DNA from: Octopus vulgaris
Lineage: Eukaryota
NCBI GenBank assembly: GCA_951406725.2
Contig: OX597815.1
Coordinates: 22,940,001 to 23,004,000 of the forward strand
Length of the DNA: 64,000 nucleotides
Direction: 5' to 3'
The notes below the pieces were generated by a model. The model was not told the DNA's origin. It did no database searches and saw nothing but the letters and a program-made list of their open reading frames with translations. Shown here in pieces: positions 39,243 through 52,556 of this stretch. Numbering within the stretch: the stretch's first letter is position 1; every line of letters begins with the position of its first letter. The translations under genes and the position numbers were made by a program.

Positions 39243-39857
39243 ATATCAAGAAAAACCAACAGAAGAGTCAGATACAGTGAAGTTAAATTCTATGAAATGG
39301 TGAAAGGAGTGAACAGAAAGATGAAACTACCAACAGCAGAGGCCTAATTTTACTGCTAACTAACACAACAATTTCTGAACACAGAAACTGTACACAATCC
39401 TTGCACAACATCACATAAGCTGTTTTCTCCATCAGCACCCCCAACTTAAGCTTACTCTTTTCTCCTTTCCTCCCTAGAACTACAACCCTCTAGAAGCCTC
39501 TACATGGTTGTTCAACCATCCAAAAATATTGGCCAAATATCTTTCAAATTACACTTCATCATCTTGCAAGAGGTGGAATACACTGAAGAATACAGTTCTA
39601 TAAATAGAAAGGCAGTGGTCATGGAATACTTTTGACCATGAGTCTACTCAGTCAGGGCTGACCTGGGGTTAAACCTACGACAAAACTTCTCTGGAACAAC
39701 CACTTTGTCTACCTTTTTGACCACCGACAGAAGTGTCAGAAAAACATTAATTCCCATTATTTTAGGGAGGTCAACAAGGGGAAATGGATTTTGTCTCCTG
39801 CAAAATAGTAAAAGTATAAAACTAAATCCAGTCATAAAACACCATCTTCTTTTGCCT

Positions 39858-40333
39858 TCTTTTACTTGTTTCATTCATTGGACTGCTTCAAAGAATTTAG
39901 TTGAACAAATCGACCCCAATACTTATTTTTAAGCCTGGTACTTATTTCATCAGTTTCTTTTGCCAAACTGCTAAGTTACAGGGACATAAACATACCAGTA
40001 CTGGTTGTCAAGCAGTGGTGGACAAACACAAAGTACTCACACATACATAAATACATACATACCCATGTTAGCATGGAAAGCAGACATTAAACGATTATGA
40101 TGATGATGATGATAATTATGATGATGATGAACATGATGATGATGATGATGATGATATACAAGTGTTTATATACACAGCAAGTTTCCCTGCAGTTTCCAAC
40201 TACCAAATTCACTCATGAGACATTGGTCAACTCAGAACTATAGTAGGAAACACATGGCCAAAATGCTGCACAGTGAGACTGAAACCAAAACCACATGGTT
40301 ACAGAATAAGCGTCTTACCCACACAACCATGCC
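39858..40333 (-). mobile_element. Old SINE A copy interrupted by a family B tail
   Basis: A-family 3' half and 5' half separated by CCCATGTTAGCATGGAAAG..(GAT)n at ~40060-40155. Confidence 0.65.
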
Positions 40334-40634
40334 TAGGATTTCCTATAAATATCTAAATCTACATAACTGTCCACTTTCATGCAGTAATGTAGAGAACTGA
40401 ATGGACATCTCATGTAAAACAAACAAGTTTTTGCTTTCAAAAAATAAAAATAAAACATCTGTATAGCCACCATAACAATAGCTCCAGCCATCTGAGAGTA
40501 TTTACAAGATTGGTTGTTCACAGACACTGGACTGGTCAAATATCCTGAATGGAGAAATGAACAACTAAAAAAATATATTAATGTCACAATGACTTGATGT
40601 TATGCTTTTTCTAAGCTGTTACATTGAAAACAGG

Positions 40635-40673
<39 letters not shown>

Positions 40674-40998
40674 ATAAGTGTAGATCGTATACGAGGGGGT
40701 ATATATTTATAAAACACCACCACGTGGATTCTGTTGAGACCAGTAAGAAACAATTATGAACTTTTTTATTACACTTAACTTTTTAAAATATTTTTGATAA
40801 GGTTCGTTTTTTCAAGAAGATCTGAAACATGTAAAATTTATAAGAAAATTAAAATTTATCTTATTTAGTGGCATTTTCAAACTTCTTTTATATATATATA
40901 TATTGTTTAATTTATATTTCCTGAGCGCCATACTAATACAATTGTTTGTTTGTTTTCCACCTGCCTTCGTCTTTCGTCTATTTTCATAAAGCTTCCCG

Positions 40999-41036
<38 letters not shown>

Positions 41037-41084
41037 CGGTGGTGCCCCAGCATGGCCACGGCCTTCGGGCTAAAACACTTTTAA

Positions 41085-41121
<37 letters not shown>

Positions 41122-41124
<3 letters not shown>

Positions 41125-41328
41125 GAGTTGGACAAAGTAATGGAAACCCCTTAAAATTTCAAACAAATTTATTTTAATATAGGGTAGGACCACCTTTGGC
41201 AGTAATTACGGCTTGAATTCTACAAGGTATGGACTCATACAAAGTTTGAATTGTTTCCAAAGGAATTTTTGTCCATTCTTCAGCTAGAACAGTCTCCAGT
41301 TCTTGTAGTGATGATGGTGGAGGATACA
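41122..41328 (-). mobile_element. Tc1-type transposon 3' end (transposase C-terminus plus TIR)
   Basis: Translation PPSSLQELETVLAEEWTKIPLETIQTLYESIPCRIQAVITAKGGPTLY matches the Tc1 C-terminus; TA|CAGGAGTTGGACAAAGTAATGGAAAC terminus. Confidence 0.85.
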
Positions 41329-41580
41329 ATATTCCTAAAAAAAAAAAAATTATAAATAGGGTATCCATTTTAATTGGTGTTAACTTGGTTGGGCCTTGCT
41401 AACAACCATGTTATCTAGGTATTTTAAGAGAAATTAACAAAATAAAATAAAAAGCTATTTAAACATACTGAGTTTTTCTATTCAGGCAATTTTCCCTATA
41501 TTATTAGCATTATTGAATTGGTTTCCAAATTCAGATACTGCATCTGCCCTGAATTTCCCACCACCACCTTTTTATCAGTA

Positions 41581-41887
41581 TGGCACGTAAAAAGCACCAT
41601 CCAATCGTGGCTGTTGCCAGCCTCGCCTGACCCCCGTGCTGGTGGCACATAAAAAGCACCATCCGATCATGGCCATTTGCCAGCCTCATCTGGCACCTGT
41701 GCCGGTGGCATGTAAAAGCACCCACTACACTCACGGAGTGGTTGGCATTAGGAAGGGCATCCAGCCGTAGAAACACTTGCCAGATCAGACTGGGCCTGGT
41801 GCAGCCTTCTGGCTTCCCAGACCCCAGTCGAACCGTCCAACCCATGCTAGCATGGAAACGGACGCTAAACGATGATGATGATGATGA
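41581..41887 (+). mobile_element. Family B retroposon
   Basis: Three ~62-bp modules, 3' domain, GAT tail. Confidence 0.85.
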
Positions 41888-42877
41888 TTACGAAGTGTAA
41901 GACATCCCAATGATTAAAGCATTGCTACAACTTTCAGGTTAAACATGAGGCATTATTGTGTTTTGAGCAAAAACAACACAAACGTGACACCTTCATTATG
42001 AAATACAAAGCAAAATAAAATGAAATAGTTGAAATCAAATTACTGCATTAACCTATTTCAACCAGCTACAGCAATCACAACATGAACTAAAGATGTTAAA
42101 TCCAAAATTCAAAATTTATGTGAGCAAGAAAGGTTTATTTACAAACAAAAAATAATAATAAAGTATTAATATAAGAATTTAAGTTGCCACTCAAAGTCTA
42201 GAACAGTTCAAAATATAAAACAAAAGATTAACAAATTTCTACTTTGTGAAACATTATTTGAAACAAAATATATTACAATATCACTAATGTTTGTACACTT
42301 GAAGTAATAATAAAGAATACCATGATTAAGGTTTGAAAATTCTCATCACTAAAAATATATTAAATAACAAATAACAACTAATTCTAGTTACCAGCTAACT
42401 GAAATTTCATTGGCTATCAGAAAATCTCAATTTTCTGAACTAGTTTAACTATTTTAGGGTTTGAAAAGAATGTGATTAAAAACAATAGACAAACAAAAGC
42501 TTAAATAACAAGACCTTTACGGTAAATTTAAATTTAACATTGACAGCTGGAATGAAAACTAGGGGCCTAAATGTACATTTTCTTATGAGATTAAAACCTG
42601 CTAACAACACTCATTTTATATACACACATATTTTCACACAACCGCATGCAATCTATGCATAGACATGTACACATTACAATAACATGTAGGAACATAAACA
42701 AAACACAAGTATTGCTATACTGTTTTAAGATTGCTTTATTGAGCAAAAGCATCAGTATCCATGGTCTCTCATATATACCCCTACTTTAATTGGGTGTTGT
42801 GTTAATTGGTTAGGGTAAAGAAATGAGTAAAATAAATGTAAGCATTAGATTTATAAAGAAGACACTTGCTTCACAAC

Positions 42878-43140
42878 GTTGCCTTCCTGGCACTTGTGCC
42901 GGTGGCATGTGTAAAAAGATTCGAGGGAGGTCATTGCCAGTACCACCAGACTGGCCCTCGTGCCGGTGACACGTAAAAGCACCCACTACACTCTCGGAGT
43001 GGTTGGCATTAGGAAGGGCATCCAGCTGTAGAAACTCTGCCAGATCAAGATTGGAGCCTGGTGTAGCCATCTGGTCCACCAGCCCTCAAGTCAAAATCGT
43101 CCAACCCATGCTAGCATGGAAAGCGGACGTTAAATGATGA
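42878..43140 (+). mobile_element. Family B retroposon
   Basis: Modules plus 3' domain. Confidence 0.85.
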
Positions 43141-45104
43141 CACACTACAAAAGCAGTGGATGATCTCTTTACTGGAAGGTTATTTTCCTCCCAAAGCAGA
43201 AGCTAAGAAAAATCCAGACACAAAAGCACTTGATGGTTTAAGCATCAAATGAAAGTAACTTTTTATTGGTTGCAATTTTCACCTTTACAGCTACAACCAG
43301 TACAAAAGTAAAAATTAATAGGTCAACTTATCTGAATGCATAACTCACTCCCTCTCAAATCATTCTTTCCATTTTAGGTCAATGTTTCTTTTCTTCTCAG
43401 GTTAATGTTACTTATTTGCTATGTTAGTTAGGTTAATGTTACTTATTTGTTATGTTAGTCAGGGTTAAATTTAGTGAGTTAGTCATAGTTAAAAGGCTTT
43501 ATCATTCTTCCTGAAATGATACATGACAAAGAGACAGGACCATAAGAGAAATTGTCATGTCTGAACACCTTTAATCATTGACAATGTCTAACAGCAAAAA
43601 CAAAACAGGTTTCAAAAAAAATCCATCTTTTGCAAATGTTCTTTGGTGTGTGTACAAGCAATCAAGAGGAATTGCAAATTGTCAGCTTTACCCACACAAC
43701 CATTGTTCAAATTAGCAATAAATTAAAAATGAGAATACATTTCCTACAACAGCAGGGTATTTATAAAAATTAACCAAAGATTAGTATAAAACACTTGACG
43801 TAACAAAGGTTCCATAAATTACACCAAACGTTTCTTTAAATGCAGCAAAGGATTATAAACATTCAAAAATTCCAGAAATGTGTCATACCAAATCTTTCAA
43901 CAAAAGATGATGAATTACTCTTCCACAAATATACAACATAGTAACGTTGATGTTTGAACTACTGTTTTCCCTATAATGGCTTGAGTTAAATAAGTAGATT
44001 GCCTTGTCTCTAATTTTAGTATTAACTGATAACAAATGAAAACTAAAAACCAATTACACAAAGAAATTTATGAAGGCAAAAAACAGTAAAACAAAATATG
44101 CAGCTGTCCTTAAATATAGATACTTATTGGATGATATTGGTTTATACAAAGACTACAGTCAGATAAAGAACAGACAACATAAATTTGCTGTCAAGAGAAA
44201 TTCTTTGTTTTAAATAATGTCATGTTACTAGTTTTCTAAAGATAGAATATCAAAGCGACATATATGATATGAAACCCCAAAATACATCTGATTAAAGTTC
44301 CCTTTTCTTTGCTGAATTTGCATTGTTTGATGGTTTGTTTGCTGCTAAAAGAAATAAAATCAAACCCTATATATCCCCTAAAAGTAGAAAGATGTTATAC
44401 ATGTTGCTTCAAGGAAAATTACTGAAATCAGCAATAGATTTTTATATAAATTAAATTAATATTTTAAATGCATTTATTGCTATTTATGAATCATCAACAG
44501 GAGAAGCTAAGGAAGGTTTTGACTTGTATCCAGCGTTCATATATAGAATATTTTCCACTTTTCACTCATATCTGTGTTGATTGTCAGACACCTGACAAGT
44601 TTTACATTGTGTACACCTAACATGTATACACAGTTAAAATTAGCTCAACATAAACTTAACAAACATACCCAACATTTAATAATCACAAATTTTGGTCATT
44701 CAATAACATGCCAACCAAATGGTGAGCTCTCATTCTTTTACCTTTCTTTTTTTTTTTTTTTTTCCTAATCACAAGGATCCATAAAGCTGGTCTTATTCCT
44801 TGTTTCCATAGCATTAGGCAAATAAAATAAATCGTTGTTTGTGTCACAGTTGACTTTTAACGATAAAGAATTGAATTCAACACTACAGCCAACAACTCCA
44901 AAGCAATGAATCATACCAAAACTGTGTACAAAGACTCAGTCATTGAAGTTGACATACATTTGTCATGGACTCACTCACACACAGATGAAAGAATAAAGCT
45001 GTCATCTTCTTCCCTTTATATATTCCAACAATCAAATCACTGCCCTTATGTGCTTTGATATTATAGAAGTCACAGCTGAATGAATGAATAAGATACCAAC
45101 TTAA

Positions 45105-45324
45105 CCCTTTTGTTACCATATTTCTTTTGAGATGCTGTTTTTCTTTCAATTAATTTTAGATATAACAAAGAATTTAGTAAAATAACTTAGTTATCATTAA
45201 GCTAGTGTCAGGAACATAAATTGTGACTAAGGTTTGGTGGAAGATTTTAATTCAAAACTTATGAAAACAAGACATTTGTACTAAAGAGCTACAGCCGGTT
45301 TCAGCCAGGTTGGTAACGAAAGGG
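45105..45324. mobile_element. piggyBac-like MITE D2 monomer
   Basis: TTAA|CCCTTTTGTTACC...GGTAACGAAAGGG|TTAA. Confidence 0.85.
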
Positions 45325-46179
45325 TTAATGGTTAAATGATCAAAAATTATATACGATCACTAATACTATGTCATGTTTCTGGTGGGGGGAAAAATAGCTT
45401 ACAGTGATAAACGTGATCATTCCATGGTAATTTACCTAGCTGAAGTACCATGAAATGATAATGTTTATTGCTATAAATAGAGGAGTCAATAAATAAGGTA
45501 TTTTCTGTAAATTTTCCTCAATCTTGCCAGGAGCCAAGAAAATTCAACAAAAATCACTCTCTGACTTTGAATGAGTACAAGTCAAAGTCCTTCAGGAGTG
45601 CCACGATGAGGAAGTAGGTATTTATCCATTGTAGATTACTTAACAAAATAGTTTCTATTTATTATCTTTCATATTCCAAATCGTTTCCAAATACATAGAA
45701 ACCTTAAAAAAAATAAGCTTAATTCTTTCATGAAAGAATTTTGTGATCTTAAGTGCTTAACATTTGAAAATGACAACAAAGAAAAGTAACACAAACTACT
45801 ACTTGACTAAGATAAAAGAGAATAATCACAATTGTAATATGTTTGAGAAGAGTTAGTTGAGTGGTTTAAGAACTACACAAGTGATATAAGAGCTATACCT
45901 CTGATTTACAACCTCCCACCCAACAACTTTACCAAAGAACTGATGTGTGATAAAGCTTACACCAGTTTTTTTTAGTTTTTTTTATATTTTTTCAAGCTGA
46001 AGGCAATTTCTATTTCTATATAGGCAAGCAAGGATAAGTAGAATTATAATTTATTTCCCTATGTTACATAGTGAAAAAAAGATCTTTAATACACCCAACA
46101 TTTCCAGTACAGTATACCACATATGTGAAGATGTTTGGAAAATATTCTGATTCAGTCTTATCAAAAATTTCTGAGGTAA

Positions 46180-46577
46180 TCTTTATATATAAAAGTCAAG
46201 TTGTGTGTCTGTCTCCTACGATTTAGATTCCTAACTACTCCCACATTTTGCGGTGCAGTGTAACCAAAAGCGGGTATCTTATAGTCGTGATTCATATCAA
46301 GCCCTTCTGGGTATTAGCGCATGTCTACAATGAGTCTACGATTTAAAAAATAATTTACCATCATTTTTTTCCATTTTAATGCATTTTTTCGCTATTATAT
46401 AAGGGAAGTAACTCTCTAAAAATGTCTACGATGAGTCAACGATTTTAAAAAAATTTACCATCATTTTTTTTCCATTTTTAATGCATTTTTTTTGCTATTT
46501 TTTGGCTATAACTCACTAAAAATGCTTATATAGTTATTTCCCTTACAAACCCGAGGAACGCCGGGCGATACTGCTAG
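46180..46577 (+). mobile_element. Helitron H1
   Basis: a|TC...CTAG|t, matches 1074 and 30043. Confidence 0.85.
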
Positions 46578-46964
46578 TTGATGTATAAGTGCAAAGCAGA
46601 AATGAGATTTGGAACTGACCGATGACACAATGCACTACTGATGCACTTTGTCCTAAGAGTGACGCATCTGCTTTACACTTCTTTGAAGAAAACATCTTAA
46701 AATGGATTAAATAATTACTATTTCAGTCACTGCAATTTTATTTACTAATTATAGAAAAAATGAAAATGTATTTATTTTCTATTTCCATAAATTCATTTTT
46801 CACTAGCTGGAATAGAAGATATATCAAATTTAAATGTGTTTTTGAAGTAATTTTTTTCACAGTGACCACTCATAAAATATGACTACAAAAATCAATTAGA
46901 AACTGATTCAAGCAGTTGACTATCAACCCATCTTTAATATTTAATAATGTTATAAGTTAGTATA

Positions 46965-47150
46965 AGGTGGCAAGCTGGCAGAATTGTCAGTACACCAGAC
47001 AAAATGCTTAACAGTATTTCTTCTTGCTCTTTTTGTTCCATGTTCAACTTTGCCTTTCATCCCTTCAGGGTTGATAAAATAAAATACCAGTCAAGTACTA
47101 GGGTCAATGTAATTGATTTGTGCTCTCCCCTCAAAATTGCAGGCCTTGAA
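46965..47150 (+). mobile_element. Decayed SINE C
   Basis: GCAAGCTGGCAGAAT head; CTTTGCCTTTCATCCCTTCAGGGTTGATAAAAT core. Confidence 0.7.
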
Positions 47151-47337
47151 CTCTGCAATGGACTGGCATCGCTTTTATGGTTGCTTATATACCATGAAAT
47201 CTCGGTTAATTATGTACCATGAAAACCAGGTAAGAAGCTTTGTGAGTCCTAGAGCTCAATACATATATAAACAATATTTATCTCTCACCAGACAGTACTT
47301 TTTTTTGTTGATCTTTCTATCATGGAGTAGGACATTA

Positions 47338-47715
47338 TTCTTTTATTTGTTTCAGTCACTTGACTGCAGCCATGGTGGAGCACCGCCTTTAGTTGAACAA
47401 ATTGACCTCAGGACTTATTTTTTGTAAGCTTAGCACTTATTCTATGGGTCTCTTTTGCTGAACCGCTAAGTTATGGGGACGTAAACACACCAACATCGGT
47501 TGTCAAGCGATGGTGGGGGGGGGGACAAACACAGACACACAAGCATATATATATACACAATGGGCTTCTTTCAGTTTTCATCTACCGAATCCACTCACAA
47601 GGCTCTGGTCAGCCTGATGCTATAATAGAAGACACTTGCCCAAGGTGCTCCACAATGGTACTGAACCTGAAACCATGTGGTTGGTAAGCAAGCTATTTAC
47701 CACACAGCCACTCCT
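47338..47715 (-). mobile_element. SINE family A
   Basis: Head-to-tail match with other copies. Confidence 0.85.
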
Positions 47716-47867
47716 AAACAAATCAGTATATATTAGATAAAATTATGTTAGCGTTTTTAGTATAAAAAAATTGGCAATTTGGTTTCCAAACAAAAGCCTT
47801 CAACAGCAAGCATCCTCTTTGAAAACAGTTAATCAAAAGACGAAACTTCAACATTTAGTGAGATAAA

Positions 47868-48062
47868 GGCAGCAAGCTGGCAGAATCATTAGCATACTGG
47901 GCAAAATGCTAAGCGACATTTCATCCATCTTTAAGTTCAAAGTTCAAGTTCTGCTGAGGTTGACTTTGCCTTTCATACATACTTTTGGGGTTAATAAAAT
48001 AAGGACCAGTCGAGCATTGGGTTCAATGTTGAGCATTGCTGGCCCTGTGCCAAAATTTGAAA
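47868..48062 (+). mobile_element. Decayed SINE C
   Basis: GCAAGCTGGCAGAATCATTAGC head; GACTTTGCCTTTCAT core. Confidence 0.7.
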
Positions 48063-48660
48063 TCCATTTTTAGTGAGTTCATCATCTTAAACCACAAAAA
48101 GTGTAGAAATATGTAAACGGATCAATTCAAAAATCATCTTTGGCATTTTTCAAATATTTAAAATATAGAACAGATTGTCAATAATTTAATATTGCAGTAA
48201 TAACTTTATCGAATTTATATGGTATGGTGGTGGTGGTGGTGGTGGTGGTGGTAGCAGTAATTCACTTTAATTTACTCGTCATATATGTCACAGTTTTCAG
48301 GAATGGACAAGAGTAAAAAAAAAAAAAAAAAATAGCCTTCATTAATTCTTCAATGATATTCAGCAGTAATATATTCAAATGTAATTCAATTTTATATTCA
48401 CTCTTTTAATATGAATTGGAAAGATATAAAAATTCAATTATTTAGAAATATAGCTGAACTGCTGTTTTACAGCCATGTGAGTTTTATGTCAAACACTCAA
48501 TTCTGAAGTAAAATTGCAAGTCACTATTGATGTTATGTAAATTGGTAAAATGGCTCAGGAATCTAGTACAGGACCTTCAGGAAACATTTTTATAATTAAT
48601 CTTTTATAATTAAACTTTTAATCACCAGGGATAGGGAAATATCAGAACAACAACTCTATC

Positions 48661-48736
48661 TTTTTTGAGGGCAGTAAGCCAGGAACTGTGCATTCAGTGC
48701 GAGATCTGAAAGCTGAAGCCCTCCAGTACAAAATTG
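48661..48736. repeat. 76-bp hairpin-forming segment duplicated at 50102-50177
   Basis: Four differences between copies; GAGGGC...GCCCTC closing stem. Confidence 0.85.
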
Positions 48737-49070
48737 CATTGATACAAGACTCCAAGACTATAGGATTCAAAATACACCAAAATATGCATTGATACAAAGA
48801 CTCCAAGACTGTAGGATTCAAAATACACCAATATATGCATTGATACAAAGACTCCAAGACTGTAGGATTCAAAATACACCAATATATGCATTGATACAAA
48901 GACTCCAAGACTGTAGGATTCAAAATACACCAAAATATGCATTGATACAAAGACTCCAATACTGTAGGATTCAAAATACAGCAAAATATGCCTTGATAAG
49001 GATTCAAAATACAGCAATATATGCATTGATACAAAGACTCCAAGACTGTAGGATTGAAAATACACCAAAA
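48735..49070. repeat. 51-bp tandem repeat, 7 units (one with an 18-bp internal deletion)
   Basis: Unit TGCATTGATACAAAGACTCCAAGACTGTAGGATTCAAAATACACCAA(T/A)ATA. Confidence 0.95.
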
Positions 49071-49169
49071 CTGAATAATTGACCTAAGAACAAGCTACAG
49101 AAGACCCAGTTGAAGACATTCATTGGTTTATTGGTTATTTAACAAGCATTTATTTTTTCTGTTACTTAC

Positions 49170-49250
49170 CTTGAATCATGCACACTTTGATATTATTTAA
49201 ACAGATTCTCTACGGTTTATAGTGACACAAAGGTTAAAAAATCATACTGT
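49170..49250 (-). other. Candidate non-coding (5' UTR) exon
   Basis: Consensus donor AAG|gtaagt; acceptor ttttttcttcctaag| (alternative AG 4 nt downstream). Confidence 0.5.
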
Positions 49251-49319
49251 CTTAGGAAGAAAAAATGTTATAGACAACTAAAAATGCTATTGTTATTACT
49301 GATGTTGTTGCTGTTATTA

Positions 49320-49537
49320 TTGGTGAGCTGATAGAATTGTTAACATACTGGACAAGATGCTTAGTGGTATTTCATCCGTCTTTACATTCTGAGCTCAAAT
49401 TCTGCCGAGGTCAACTTTGCCTTTCATCCTTTTGAGGTCGATGAAAAAAATATCAGTCAAGAACTGGGGTCAATATATTCAACTTAACCCCTCCTCCCAC
49501 AAAAAATTTCAGGCTTTGTGCTTATAGTAGAAAGAAT
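49320..49537 (+). mobile_element. SINE C
   Basis: GGTGAGCTGATAGAAT head; GAGGTCAACTTTGCCTTTCATCCTTTTGAGGTCGAT core. Confidence 0.75.
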
Positions 49538-50519
49538 TATTATTGTTATTGCTGCCATACTGGGAAGTCATGGAAAGTTTTAAGAGTTTAGTCAATTGTT
49601 TCAGCTGATTAAAGTCCATTCATTCAATTATTTTGAAATAATTATTTTGATGACATTGTCTGAATCATGGTGGTAACATTTCTGTTACATCCCCTTTTCA
49701 GAGGTGTAACTCAATGGTATATCTACTTTGCATTTTTATGAAAACAAAGATTTCATATATTTTTCCAATTTAAAAAAAAATGTCAGAATATGAAAAGTAA
49801 TAATGATCAAATGTGGACAGCATTCTGTCAACCCAGTTTTGACTCCCAATGTAGCCATGGCCCCTGGAGTTAAATTTATCAACTCAAAGCAATGGAATTT
49901 GGTCTTGTTGCAATGACAACAGCAACACCTGCAAAAATACTAGCAGCAATGATAGTAACAGCAACAACCACAGTAATAGTAATGTGTATAGCAACAGTAA
50001 CAACAACAATGTGAACAACAAGATGGAAAACAACAACAAGTAATGACAACAAAAACTGTGTGGAAAGCAACAACAAAAACATTAAAAACCAAAACAAGAA
50101 CTTTTTTCAGGGCAGTTAGCCAGGAACTGTGCATTTAGTGCAAGATCTGAAAGCTGAAGCCCTCCAGTACAAAATTGATATTTAAAAACCAGGTGTTATG
50201 TCCCTTAGTGAGGACAAAAATACTAACTGTGAATAAAAAACCATTGTGTATAAATGTATTTCTCACAAGGAGAGGGAATTTTTTTCCTATTCTAGCAGAA
50301 ACAGAAAAATGCCTCCAAGATGTGTGGTGCTCAGTGCTACACATACAGGACAGTAGCTGCCATATTCAGCAGTGAACAAAATGTCAGAAGAATGACAACA
50401 ATTACTTGCACATCTCAGATCTTTATAACAATTCCCCATTATATGGGGTAAAAGATTAACTCGAATTTGAGTCAAGAACATGCCAATTGGTCAAGACTTG
50501 GCAAAAGTTTTAGCCATTC

Positions 50520-50965
50520 ATACCACTTTTATTTTGAAGCCACACACTTGGCTATCCTCATCCCTATGCACTCTTTTACCTACACGGTCGTACCTGCACT
50601 TCTACTCTTTTTGTGCTAGTATACTGCACTTACTCAAGAAATGATCGATACCTTCACTTCCTTTCCTGTAGATTCTACATTTTGTCATCTGACCGAGTTC
50701 TGCTTTTATCAGATTTGTTCTAATGGCTTGTTGCTGAGCAACTATAATTAGTGTTTCAGTCTCTTGTTTCAGGCTTTGGTGCATCAGCCAGAGCCAGCAT
50801 TCTTTACTTCCAACATTCTTGGTTTGTTGCATAAATTGGCCATGTAATTCCATTTCTTTCCATTTGCTTGTTGTTGTTCTTCCTTCTCTCTTTGAATAAT
50901 TATTATCATTATTCTTGTCTATATCAGATCTTTCTACATTTTTTAACACCAACTTGCACATTTCT
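50520..50965 (-). mobile_element. R4/Dong-like (restriction-like endonuclease) non-LTR retrotransposon fragment
   Basis: WKEMELHGQF...WL...ETETLIIVAQQQAIRT...CRIY...IDHFLSKCSILAQKE resembles the decayed CCHC knuckle region downstream of RT in R4-type elements; in-frame stop. Confidence 0.7.
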
Positions 50966-52111
50966 TTGAGTTATTTTTCAAATCATCCAAACAATAAACA
51001 GAATCCAGTAATTGTCAAACCAGCAGGTGACTCAGAATCTGGATTGTTTCTGTCACAGAAAGAGATTCCATTTTATGTTCCCATTTCTCTTCAGAATCTT
51101 TTATCAGACCAAATCCAACAGAGTTGCTTAAGACATTTCCACATGGACTGAACACTTTTCTGGTTCTTTCTTCATAACTGGTATTGATGGAATATTCACT
51201 AGTTTTTTCTTCTCTCACAAATGTTGGTAAATTCTTTGGAAACAAACACAGAAACAGCAGATATTTTTTTATCTTTTACTTGTTTCAGTGATTGGACTGT
51301 GGCTATACTGAGGCACCACCTTCTTGGGTTTACTCAAACAAATTGACCTCAGAACTTATTTTTTTTAAGCCTACTACTTATTCTCTCAGTCTCTTTTGCT
51401 GAACTACTAAGTCACAGGGATGTAAACAAACCAACGTCAGTTGTCAAGCGTTAGTGGGAACAAAAACAATGATACAAACATATCTCTATAGCTCAACATG
51501 GAAGATGGACATTAAACAATGATCATCATCATTTTGGCATCTCTTTTCCATGATTGTAGGAGTCAATCAAAGTATTTCATTGAGGCATATTTTCTACAGC
51601 CAGACGCTCCTCCTGTTGCCAACCCACACCTTCCAATCAAGGTAATACTTCTCCATGACCAGACATATTTTTACAGAACATTGAAAATGAGTGACACCTC
51701 TTATATGACAGTGAAACTAGCTTCCAACAACCATACAATGTCAACAAAGCAAGGAAACAAACACACATGCGCGCTCATGCTGACACTTACACATATATAA
51801 TAGGTTTCTTTGTCTCCTTCTACCAAATCCACTCACAAAACCTTGAAGCTATACTAGAAGACACTTACCCAAGGTCTTGTAGCTTTGTGGTTAGGAAGCA
51901 CCCTTTTTAACTACAGAGCGACGCCTACACCTATCGTGTATTATATATATATATATATATATATATACGAATTTCCAGTCCCCTATTTTGTATTTGAAGC
52001 TTTCAGTGTGTGTTTCCTTGTCACCCTTTAACTTTACATTGACCCCTTAGCATTCGGATTATTCTGTCCAATGTAATCCTTATTTATCCACATTGTTTTG
52101 AATTAATCATT

Positions 52112-52268
52112 AGGAGTGGCTGTGTGGTAAGTAGCTTGCTTGCCAACCACATGGTTCTGAGTTCAGTCCCATTGCGTGGCACCTTGGGCAAGTGTCTTCT
52201 ACTATAGCCTCGGGCCGACCAAAGCCTTGTGAGTGGATTTGGTAGACGAAAACTGAAAGAAGCCCATC

Positions 52269-52329
<61 letters not shown>

Positions 52330-52532
52330 TATTTGTGTGTGTGTTTGTCCCCCTAACATCGCTTGACAATCGATGCTGGTGTGTTTACGTCCCCGTAACT
52401 TAGCGGTTCGGCAAAAAAAGACCGATAAAATAAGTATTAGGCTTACAAAGAATAAGTCCTGGGGTCGATTTGATCGACTAAAGGCGGTGCTCCAGCATGG
52501 CCACAGTCACATGACTGAAACAAGTAAAAGAG
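52112..52532 (+). mobile_element. SINE family A adjoining a truncated D1 MITE
   Basis: Full A-family match; D1 left end at ~52043-52110. Confidence 0.9.
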
Positions 52533-52556
52533 TATATATATATATATATATATATA

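Noticed and set aside
43398-43462. ~30-bp direct duplication
   Set aside because: Ordinary local slippage duplication with no further structure.
48642-49082. Repeat-protein ORFs and CRISPR-like appearance
   Set aside because: Head-to-tail 51-bp units without unique spacers; no cas genes; eukaryotic context.
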